Positions 37,036 through 48,125 of a stretch of DNA of 64,000 bases are shown in pieces. Under the pieces are notes generated by a model. It searched no databases. It worked only from the letters and a program-made list of their open reading frames with translations, and was not told the origin of the DNA. Each line of letters begins with the position of its first letter. Position 1 is the first letter of the stretch. A program made the translations under genes and the position numbers. Origin of the DNA: Mobula hypostoma (taxonomy: Eukaryota); contig NC_086097.1 in the NCBI RefSeq assembly GCF_963921235.1, forward strand, positions 68,078,001 through 68,142,000, in the 5' to 3' direction.

Positions 37036-38919
37036 AGGACAATTCCTGTAATGGATCTCTAATAAAGATCGGGAATGCATCATATTTCAGGTGAAGCAAC
37101 TTATTCAAATAAAGAAGCATATCACTAAATCATAACAAACACAAAATTTATCAATTTGTAGTTGTTGAAGCAATTGTTTTATAAATGCATTAATGGTGAT
37201 TCACCAAAACTTCAAAACGACTTTACAACTATGAAGAATTTAAGGTATTGACAATCATCTTGAATGTTACAATCATTGAGGGTGTTTAAGGAGGAGATTG
37301 ATAGGCATCTAATTAGTCAGGGGATCAAGGGATATGGGGAAAAAGCCAGAAATTGGAACTAGATGGGAGAGTGGTTTAGCTCATGGTGGAGTGGTGGAGC
37401 AGATTCGATGGGCCGAATGGCTCCTTTGTCTTGTAATCTTGTAAAATGAAGATCAATAGTATGCATTGTATGAAGACAACACATTATCTGCAATAGGTGC
37501 CTGTGCAGGTTGTTCATTTACGGTCAATCAAAAGTACACAGCAGTGTGCCATTGATAAGTAGTAGGTTCAGCTTGGAGTAGAAAGAAGATGAATAGGATT
37601 AGGTCAAATGCTTGGTAGTTTTGCTTGAATAAAACTGCTAATTTGCAATATTGTCAGCAGGCTGTTAAAAAGAAACTTATTGTCAAATAATTGTATGTAT
37701 TACATTGTATTGTGGCCAAAATAAGAACAATTGATCAGACTTCACTGTGGGTGCGTGCATTCACCTTCAAAGAGCTGACAGAGTCAGTTTGCTGCAAACT
37801 GCAGCTTCTTAATCTAAGGCCATGTTTTAAATTGTTAACTGGACAGTGGCTCTGCAGCTTGCCAAAGCCGAATTATCTGAAAGTGTGAGACAGATGCCCT
37901 TCAGAAGTAACAAATCAGACTTCCGTGTACTGTTGTCAGATGTTCAGTGTACATTCCTGCATGTGCTACTTATGTACCATCTTAGAAAATTTCTGAAGAT
38001 CGGCTGATGGTACTTAGGCAGCAGCTGCATGAATGTACCTTAGTATGATACCCTAAATGAAGCTACATATAACAATTAGAGTCATTAAGCAACTAAAATA
38101 ATCTTACATTTAATTACATTATTAATAGTGCTTTCAATATTTTGCCTTTAATTTTCTATTGTTTGTTGTAAATGAAAAACAATTAAATTTCTCATCACTT
38201 CATGCCCTAAAATTCTTATTATTGTCCAAACCCTCTGTAGGGTTGCCCTACTTCTGTAATTTCTCATGTAACTGCCTAATATCATGATTCCTCCAATTCT
38301 GGTCTCTCACATCCCCAATTTTCTTCTTCTCACCACTGTAGACCATTGGCTCATTAACTTTGTTTTATGTTTTATTTTTATTTATTCATTTAGAGATACA
38401 GCACAGAACAGGCCTAACGAGCTGCGCTGCCCAGCAACCCAACTATTTAACACGAGCCAAATCACTGTGGGAAGAAACCAGCTCATCTGGAGGAAACCCA
38501 TGCAGTCCTTGGGAGAACTGACAAACTCCCTACAGATGGTCCTGGAACTGAACTCTGACACCCTGAGCTGTAAATGTGCCAGAATAAATGCTAAGCTACC
38601 ATGGCACCCGATTTCTTTTAAGGTGAGCATCACAAAGCAAGGTGAGCAAGGAGCCCAGCACCTGGGTCCAGTTCCATGGCAGTTTTCAGCAAGGAAGGAG
38701 GTAGAGTGAAAGTGAAGGTAGAAACGTGGAGTGATTGGGGGAAATGCAGAGAGGGAGATGGAGATATGGGAGACGGTGGAGGGAAGGGTGGTAGAGGGAA
38801 AAGGTGGAGGAGAATGGGGAGGGGAAGTGATCGGGGGAATAGGAGAGGGGGAAGGGTGAGGGGAGAATAGGGCAAGGGAAAGGGGTGGGGTGGGGGAGTT
38901 GGAGGGGGGAAGAGAGTAA

Positions 38920-39580
38920 ATGTGTATGCTCAGTCCCCTATACTTCCACCCTGATGATAGGATTGAGAGCAGAGCATGCCTGGATGGTGAGACTCTTTAG
39001 CGGTGGATGCTGCCTTCTTGACGCCTCACCTCTTGAAAAAGTTCTTGGTGGAAGGGTTGTTCCTTGATGGAGCTAAATTAGTCTATGATCCTCTGCAGCC
39101 CCTTGCAATACTGTGCATTAAAGCCTCCATACCAGGTAGTGATGCAACCAGTCAGAAGACCCTCCACTGTACATCATTAGCAATTTGTAATCGTCTTTAA
39201 CAACACCACCAAATCATCTCAAACTCAATGACTTGCATGCCTTCTCAATGATTGCATCAATGTGTTGGGCCCAGAACAGATGCTCTGAGATGTTGATAAC
39301 CAGGAACATGACACTGCTCACCCTTTATATTGCTAACCCCTCATTGAGGACTGCTGGGAGTTACCCTGACTTCTCCTTCCTGAGCTCCACAACTAAATGA
39401 ATTCTTTGGTTGTGCTGACGATGAGTGTGAAGTAGTTGTAGCAACCTATCTCAATCCTGTAAGTCTCCCTACTGCCATTTCAGATTCTACCAACAATACT
39501 GATGATATCGGCAGATTTATAGATCGTATTTTAGCTGGACTCAGCCACACAATCTTGAGTTTAAGAGAGTAAAGCAGTGG
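38920..39580 (-). mobile_element. Old Rex1/Babar fragment
   Basis: Antisense RT text (cttctccttcctgagctccaca, ggcagatttatagat). Preceded by a polypurine tract at 38690-38915. Confidence 0.65.
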
Positions 39581-39769
39581 GATTCATCTTAAAAGTCCTG
39601 TTTATTTGAACACTTTTGCTGAAATAGCAAATTGGGATATGTTACAAGTACATTATATCTTTCAACACTGGAGTAAATTAGATGATATTGATTTGGCTGC
39701 TTATACACACTGTCTGAACAGTGCTCAAACTGCTAATATAAGAAAAAGAGAAAACAATTCCTGAAACCT

Positions 39770-39960
39770 CAATGATTTATCTTTTGGCTCCTCCCACTTT
39801 CTCCAAACTGAAGGTGTAACCGTGGGCATCTGCATGGGCCCCAGCCCGAAATGTTGACTGCTTATTCATTTCCATAGATGCTGCCTGACCTGCTGAGTTC
39901 CTCCAGCATTTTACATGTGTTACTCTGGATTTTCAGCATCAGCAGGGTCTCTTGTGTTTA
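39770..39960 (+). mobile_element. Internally deleted Penelope fragment (RT motif fused to pLTR)
   Basis: cccactttctccaaactgaaggtgtaaccgtgggcatctgcatgggccccag (compare 9443-9495) joined directly to cccgaaatgttgactg pLTR text. Confidence 0.75.
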
Positions 39961-40832
39961 ATATAAAAAAAAGTCATTTTAACTTTTTCTGTTTTAAAGT
40001 TTTGAAAAACAGATATTTGATTGATGCAAGTTTGATTGTTTTTATAACAATAAGCAGGAACATATTTCAATGTTATCCCTCAGCAAAGCAAAATCCAAGG
40101 TCTTGCTTTGATGATTGGTAAGCTATCTAGAATTTGCTTATTTAAAAATATGAAGAGAGCTTTGGCTTGTGCCAAAAATATTTCTTGCCTCAGGACATTA
40201 TGCATTAGAAGAGAGGAAGAATTTTTAACAGCATACTGTTCTCAGTTGCAGGATGAGCTACGTATATTGTTGTTAGCTGGGATTTCAATTCCCCAGCCAA
40301 TGATACAAGCAACTTTGCAGCAGCTCAGTAAAAAGAGAAACTTGATCCAATAATGATAGACCAGTATAAATGAAGTAAACTTTAGAAACACTATCATTAG
40401 GAAGGAAGTAGAAGAGTCTGAAGACCCATACTCAACGATTCAGGAACAGCTTCCCCTCTGCCATCAGATTTCTGAATGGTCCAAGGCTACCTCGTTATTC
40501 TCTTCTTTTTGCATTATTTTATTTAGTTTTGAAATTTATAGTGATTTTTATTATTGCACTGTATGGCTGATGTAAAGCAGCTAATTTTATGTTGTCTGTC
40601 GGTAATGATAGATCTGATTCTGATTAATACACTCAGTAACTGAGCACCAACAGCTCTCGATAGAGATCACCAAAGAATATTTGAAAGAAAGCAATTGGTA
40701 ATTCAATTGGTCCTATCTTTAGAATGTGACTCTTATTGCCACAGCCAGCAGAAATTTCTTCTCTGCATTTACCCTTCCCAAATACAAAATGTGATAGTCA
40801 CTAATAATACATCAGCTTTTCATAATGCTTTA

Positions 40833-42178
40833 GAAACATAGAAAACCTACAGCACAATACAGGTCCTTCAGCCCACAATTCTGTGCCGAATATGTACTTA
40901 CTTTAGAAATTACCTAGGGTTACCCAGAGCCCTCTATTTTTCTAAGCTCCATGTGCCCATCAAGGAGTCTCTTCAAAGACCCTATCATATCCACCTCCAC
41001 CACTGGCTGGTAGTCTATTCCACGCACTCACCACTCTCTGCGTAAAAAACTTACCCCTGACATCTCCTCTGTACCTACTTCCAAGCACCTTAAAACTATG
41101 CCCTCTCGTGTTAGCCATGTCAGCCCTGAGTAAAACCCTCCAACGATCCACATGATCAGTGCCTCTCATCATCTTGTACACCTCTATCAGGTCTCCTCTT
41201 ATCCTCCATTGCTCCAAGCAGAAAAGGCCGAGTTCTCTCAACCTATTCTAATAAGTCATGCTCCCCAATCCAGGCAACATCCTTGTAAATTTCCTCTGCA
41301 CCCTTTCTATAGTTTCTACATCCTTCCTGTAGTGAGGCGACCAGAACTGAGCACAGTACTCCAAGTGGGGTCTGACCAGGGTCCTATACAGCTGTAACAT
41401 TACCTGTGTATAGGACCCTGGTCAGACCCCACTTGAAGACCAATGCACTGTATGCTGGCTTAACCACACAGTCAACCTGCACAGCAGCTTTGAGTGTCCT
41501 ATGGACACAGACCCCATGATCCCTCTGATCCTCCACACTGCCAAGAGTCTTACCATTAATACTATATTCTGCCATCATAATTAACCTACCAAAATAAATC
41601 ACCTTATGCTTATCTGAGTTGAACTCCATTTGTCACTTCTCAGCCCAATTTTGCATCCTATCAATGACCCGCTGGAACCTCTGACAGCCCTCCACACTAT
41701 CCACAACTCCCCCAACCTTTGTGTCATCAGCAAATTTACTAACCCATCCCTCCACTTCCTCATCCAGGTCATTTATAAAAATCACAAAGAGAAGGGGTCC
41801 CAGAACAGATTCCTGAGGCACACCACTAGTCACCGGCCTCCATGCAGAATATGACATGTCTACAACCACTCTTTACCTTCTGTGGGCAAGCCAATTCTCG
41901 ATCCACAAAGCAAGGTCCCCTTGGATCCCATGCCTCCTTACTTTCTCAATAAGCCTTGCATGGGGTACCTTATCAAATGCCTTGCTGAAATCCATATACA
42001 GCTATTGCTCTACCTTCATTAACGTGTTTAGTCACATCCTCAAAAAATTGAATCAGGCTCGTAAGGCACGACCTGCCTTTCACAAAGCTATGCTACCTAT
42101 TCCTAATCATATTGTGCCTCTCCAAATGTTCATAAATCCTGCCTTTCAAGATCTTTTCCATCAACTTACCAACCACTT
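40833..42178 (-). mobile_element. CR1 ORF2 3' region and (atagaaac)-type tail
   Basis: ORFs 41633..41869 (SGVPQESVLGPLLFVIFINDLD..KFADDTKVGG) and 40960..41241. Confidence 0.92.
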
Positions 42179-42874
42179 TATGTCTGCATCTCTACAGTTC
42201 AAGGCACACTGAGTTTCTTGAAACTCTTACCGTTTATTCTGCAGTACCAAAGCTGCCTGGCAGAATACTATATGACTGCAGCATGCACAAATGAGGTTTC
42301 TTAAAATTACAACTAAAATACGGAGAATGCCATTCAAGATTTTAACTTCCATCAGGGGATCTGAGATCATTGTGTCAAGCAATGTAAACAGAAAGACAAC
42401 AATGACAAGTCACTGTTTGCTTAATTGTCCTTTGTCTGATCTCAGTCTACTGTGAATTCCTCTGTGATGATTGCTTGGAATGTCAGTGCATTCAAATCAA
42501 TCTACCTGAAATTTCCTCTGGCTGGTGCAATAAGAGTCACATTCTCAAGATAGGACCAATTGAAGTATCAATTTACATAATTAATCTTCAAACAGGGTTA
42601 ATCTGCTAATGGCTAAAAGCATCTTTTGTAAGCTAGATGCAGATGTTGATCAATTGGAGAATTAAAGGAAAATTCAAGTCAGCTGGCTCTAGAGCTCTGA
42701 TTCCAGTTTATTGGAAAGACAACGTGGAGGCCAATGAAATCTAATGTAAATAGCTCTCTCAACTTTCTGCTACTTTAAGTGCCATGCTAAATGGCTGGCA
42801 CTTAAATTCAGGTGCATCAAACAATAACTTCACCTAATTGTTAACTGATTTCTATAGTTCTGACATAGAAAAGA

Positions 42875-43710
42875 GGCAGTTTCAGTCTAAGGGTGAAGTC
42901 TCCATTAGTACTTTCTACAGCATCCTGACGGAATGTACTTGTGGAAAGGCTGAGCAGCTGGGAAGGGTCCGGGAGGAAGAGCTGGGAATACAAATTACAG
43001 CTGAAAAATGGGAAGACATCTGTGATAATGCAAAGAAAGTTTCAGTTTGTAATAGAACTAAAGCATTGCAACTCAAAATTCTGCATAGATCCCATCTGAC
43101 TCCAGATCGTCTCTCGAAATTTAAGATGGGGGCTTCTCCAATGTGTTCTAAATGTAAAGTAAATACTGGAACATTCACCCACTGTTTTTGGACTTGGTCC
43201 CAAACTTCAGGCATACTGGAGTGATATTTTGGGTGAAATGGAAAAGATTCTGAAGATGGAGCTTGAACTGGACCCAGTTTCTTTTCTTTTAGGCTTACCC
43301 TGCAGTCGTATTATTAATGCACATCAGAAAAAACTTTCTAACATCCTGACTTTTTGTGCGAGGAAGAACATTTTACTTCGTTAGATATCCGATAAGGCCT
43401 CTGGACTTTTTGGTTGGCGTAAATTAATCATGGAATACATTCCATTGGACTCTTTGACATGTACGGTACACTCAAAAACAAATAGTTTTCATAAAACATG
43501 GTAACCTTTTCTGCAGTATATAGATATAAATCTGTCTGCTATACTAATAAGGGCTTTTGTATAGGATGTTGTGGTGATGTCTATATTTTGATGAAAGTGT
43601 TCTGATACCTGATATCTCTGAGGGGAAGAAATGGAAGTGTATCTGGAAATTGAAAGTTTTGTTATGCTGAGCAAAAAAAAACTTTTTTAGAAATACAATA
43701 AAATAAAAAC
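42875..43710 (+). mobile_element. L1-clade LINE ORF2 C-terminus (CCHC) and 3' UTR
   Basis: ORF 42838..43224 'QLKILHRSHLTPDRLSKF..CSKC..GTFTHCFW'. A-rich end aataaaataaaaa. Confidence 0.85.
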
Positions 43711-44174
43711 ATTTATCTAAGTTCTGTGAATTACTTCAGTATTGGTTTTCCTTTTCAGCATTTGATTTCCAGTTTGGGCACCCTGGGAGGGAGGCTGGTA
43801 TAAGAGTAGAACATGCGAGAAGTTCGTCCCCTTTCTTTCCTGCCATCCATGGGGGCTGCTTCGGACTGACGTTGTGACCAGCGCTGAAGAACCATTGAGA
43901 AAGAGCATTGCAGATGTCGATTGACCCCCCCCCCCCGCAATAGTTTAGTTAAGTATCTGTTTGTAGCATACTCAGTTCTCCAGTTCTATAATTTGGTTAA
44001 GATTCAGCAGAGTATCAGTTTATAATTAAAAGGTAACTGAATGTACAGTAGAGTGGTCTTGGGTAGTTTAGACTAATACTTGTTGGCTTTGGTTTAGTGT
44101 TCTACTGTTCATTTTAAAATAAATAGTTAATGTACCCATTTTTTCATTTGTGCCCTCTATTTCACTCATTGGAT

Positions 44175-44595
44175 TCTCACCACCACTGGAATTTAGAAGG
44201 ATGAGAGGGGATCTGATTGAAACATATAAGATTATTAACGGATTGGACACGCTGGAGGCAGGAAACATGTTCCCGATGTTGGGGGAGTCCAGAACCAGAG
44301 GCCACAGTTTAAGAATAAAGGGTAGGCTATTTAGAACAGAGTTGAGGAAAAATCTTTTCACCCATAGAGTTGTGGATCTGTGGAATGCTCTGCCTCAGAA
44401 GGCAGTAGAGGGCAATTCTCTGGATGCTTTCAAGAGAGAGTTAGGTAGAGCCCTTAATGATAGCGGAGTCAAGGGATATGGGGAAATGGCAGGAACGGGG
44501 TACTGATTGCGGATGATCAGCCATGATCACAGTGAATGGTGGTGCTGGCTCAAAGGGCCAAATGGCCTACTCCTGCAACTATTATCTATTGTCAA
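44175..44595 (+). mobile_element. Relatively young CR1 3' end
   Basis: ORF 44150..44506 'LEFRRMRGDLIETYKI..RTRGHSLRI..RVVDLWNALP' is open to the natural stop, followed by UTR and an attatctattgt tail. Confidence 0.92.
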
Positions 44596-44697
44596 ACCTG
44601 CCCCCCGCCACCCAAGTTACAGATACCTAAAGTGAAAGACTGGTAAATTAGTTTATTGTTGTCACATGTGCTGAGGTACAGTGAAGCACGTGTAAGA

Positions 44698-47160
44698 TAC
44701 ACACACAAAATACTGGAGGAAGTTAGCAGGTGAGGCAGCATCTATGGAGAGGAATAAACAGTCAACATTTTAGGTCAAGACCCTTCATCAGGACTAGAAA
44801 GGAAGGGAAAAGAAGATAGGAGGAGGGGAAGGAGTATGAACTGGAAGCTGAGGAGGATGTTAGGTAAGTGTGGAGAGGGAGATGAAGTGAGAAGCTAGGA
44901 GGTGAGAGGTGGAAAAGGTAAAGTGCAGAACAAGGAATCTGATAGGAGCATGGAACGTAGGAGAAAAGGAAGGAGGAAGGGAACTAGAGGGAGGTGATAG
45001 GCAGATGAGGAGAAGGGAAGGGGTAACAGGGGAGCCAGAATGGGGAATGGAAAAAGAAAGAAGAGGGAGGGGGCAAAATTACTGGAAGTTAGAGAATTTG
45101 ATGTTCATATGTCAGGTTGGAGGTTAACCAGGTGGAATGAGGTGTTGCTCCACCAACCTGAGTGTGGTCTCATTCTGGCAGTACAGAAGGCCATGGACTG
45201 GCGTATCGGAATGGGAATGGGAAATCTAATTAAAATGGGTGACTATTTTAATTCTGCTTCCCATTCCTGCCTCTTGTGGATGGAGTGAAGTTGCTCGACA
45301 AAGCGGTCCCCCAATCTACGTCGGGTCTCACCAATGTAGAAGAGGCTACACTAGAAGAATCGGATACAGTAGATGACCCTGAACATGCCAGAGGGGTGAT
45401 CAGTGGGCAAGGGAGTCACAGAGAGAGCAATCCCTTTGGAAAGTAGACAGTGGAGGGGGAGTGAAGATGTGATGAGTGGTAGGATCTAGTTGAGGATGGC
45501 AGAACTTATGGAGAATGATGAGCTGGATTGAGAGGCTTATAGTGTGGAAAGTACAGTAATGACAAGGGGAGCTTGATCTCCATTATGATGGTGGGAAGAT
45601 TGGGTGAGGAAATGGAGAAAATGCAGATGAGGGCAGCATCAATGGTAAAGGAAGGGAAACTCTACTCTTTGAATAAGGAGGACATCTCAGATGTTCTGGA
45701 ATGGAAGATCTCATCCTGTGAACAGATGTAGTGGAGACAGAGGAACTGAGAAAAGGGAATAGCATTTTTACAAATGATAAGATGGGAAGAGATTTAGTCA
45801 AGATAGCTGTAAGAGTCAGTAGGTATATAAAAGACAGTCTATGTCCAGAAATGGACAGAGATATTGAGGTGTCAGAGATGGACCAAGTAAATTTGAGGGT
45901 GGTTGGAAGCTGGAGTCAAGGTTGATGAAATTGACAACCTCCGCATGGGTGCAGAAAGCAGCACTGATGCAGTCGTCAACGTAGCACAGAAAGAATTGAG
46001 ATGAGTTACCAAAGAAGGCTTGGAACATGGACTGTTCAAAGTTCAAATTGTATGTCACCACATACAACCCTGAGACTTATTTTCTTGAGGGCATACTCAG
46101 TAAATCAAGAACCATAATAGAATCAATGAAAGACCATACACAACAGGGAAGACAAGCGACCAATGTGCAATAGACAACCAACTATGTAAATACAAAAAGA
46201 AAAAAAGAAATAATAATAATAAAGAAATAAGCAATAATTATCAAGAACATGAGATGAAGTGTCCTTGAAAATGAGTCCATAGTTTGTGGGAACAGTTCAG
46301 AAATGGGGCAGGTGAAGATATTCCCACTGGTTCAAGAGCCTGATAGTTGAGGGGTAGTAACTGTTCCTGAACCTGGTGATGTGAGTCCTGAGGCTCCCAT
46401 GCTGCCTTCTTGATGGCATCAGTGAGACGAGAGCATGATCTGGTTGGTGGGGGTCTCTGCTGATGGATGAATATTGCTTTTCTGTGACAGCATTTAATGT
46501 AGATGTGCTCAATGGTGGGGTGGTTGGGGTCTCTGATAATGGATGCTGCTTTCCTGCAACTGCGCTCTGTGTAGATGTGCACAGTGGTGGGGAGGGCTTT
46601 ACCCATGATGGACTGCGCCATACCCACTACTTTTTGTAGGATTTTCCATTCAAGGGCATTGGTGGTTCCATACCTGGCTGTGATTCAAGCAGTTAATATA
46701 CTCTCCACCACACATCTATAGAAGTTTGTCAAAGTTTTAGATGTCATGCCATATCTGCAAGCTTCTAAGCAAGTAGAGGCACTGCTATGCTCTCTTCATA
46801 ATTGTATTTATGTGTAGGTCCTCCAAAATAATAACACTGAAGAATTTAAAGTTGCTGACCCTCTCCACCTCTCATCCCCTGATGAGGACTGGCTCATGGA
46901 GCTCCAGTTTCCTCCTCCTGAAGTCAACAATCAGCTTCTTGGTCTTGCTGACATTGAGAAAGAGGCAAGATGGTGCCAGAGAACCATGGCGACGCTCTGC
47001 AGGATGCTTACAAAACTTCTAAATAAACTTCTGCTTACTGTTTCATGAAGCCAATGAAAAGGCAAGCATAGCTGGGGCCCATGCAACTTCCCATGGCTAC
47101 ATTGTGAGTTTGGAGAAAGTGAAAGGAGCCAAAACAGAGGAAGGTGGTGGTGAAGGGAAC
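44698..47160 (-). mobile_element. Penelope-like element (RT to pLTR), decayed, split by a Rex1 insertion
   Basis: pLTR and hammerhead at 44759-44796. ORF 45816..46067 'FEQSMFQ..FLCYVDDCI'. RT 'AMG..MGPSYA' resumes at about 47050-47120. Confidence 0.85.
46038..46960 (-). mobile_element. Rex1/Babar 3' fragment nested in Penelope
   Basis: ORF 46297..46512 'LRTHITRFRNSYYPSTIRLLN'. Tail (aagttc) at the left. Confidence 0.85.
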
Positions 47161-47389
47161 TGGTTACGTCTGTGAAAAGCTTGTCTTGCATACCGTCCAT
47201 ATGGATTGTTGCATTACAACAGTGTATTAAGGTAGCTTAAGGCAAAAACAACAACAGAATACAGATTAGTGTTACAGTTACAGAGAATATACAGTGCAGG
47301 TAGATAATAAGCACAAGTCTTTTAATTGTGCTCATCAAGAATTTATTTGTGAAAAAGCTCACAATGGGCCTACAATGGTGAGTGGACAG

Positions 47390-48125
47390 TTTACCTCTCA
47401 GTCAAGACTCTTCATCTGGACTAAAAGATAAAAGGAAGATAGCCAGTAAATAAAAGATGGAGGGAATTGATGGAACGAGAGTGGAAGGTGATAGTTGGTA
47501 GGTCCAGGGAAGAGAGGAAATAGTAGCAGAAAATGGGACGAGATAGGGTAAGTGATACAATCTAATGGGAGAGGAAGGTTAAACATAGAATAAAGGAAGG
47601 GAGGTGAGGAGTAGTGGGGGAAGGAGTGTGTGTATGATGGGCAGATAGAATGGTTGGAAGAGTAGAAAAGTTATGGTGATGGGGGCCACATAGATCAGGA
47701 GGGAAGGGAAAAGGGAGTGGGAGGGGGATCAGATTTTGGAAGTTGGCATATTTGGTGATTATTCTGCCGAGTTGTAATCTGCCCAGGAGGAATACTAGGT
47801 GCTGTTTCTCAAGTTAGGAATACAACTATATTTAAAATTGGTTACCTTTCCTCTATTTCTTAGTCCAAATGAAGGGAAAGGTCTTATCCAAAATGTTGAC
47901 TGCCTAGTTCCCTCCATAGATACTGCTTGACCTGCTGAGTTCTACCAACGTTTTGCGTTTTGTTCAAAATTCCAGTGTCTGCACTTCAGGACTTGGTCCC
48001 AAAGAAGGATCTCAGCCCAAAACATCGACTGTTTATTCATTTCCATAGATGCTGCCTGACCTGCTGAGTTCCTCCAGCATTTTGTGTGTGTTGCTTTGGA
48101 TTTCCAGCATCTGCAGAGTTCCTCA
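47390..48125. mobile_element. Penelope pLTR cluster (one minus, two tandem plus copies)
   Basis: Decayed hammerhead cores at about 47400-47422 (minus), 47862-47902 (plus) and 47996-48031 (plus). Confidence 0.75.

Noticed and set aside
38690..38915. G-rich tract as a functional G-quadruplex
   Set aside because: Low-complexity polypurine sequence adjoining retroelement ends, with no independent evidence of function.
42231..42312. Minus-strand exon candidate with ACG|gtaaga donor; similar weak candidates near 13371 and 2930-3010
   Set aside because: Ambiguous acceptors and no supporting features. Such sites are expected by chance in 64 kb.
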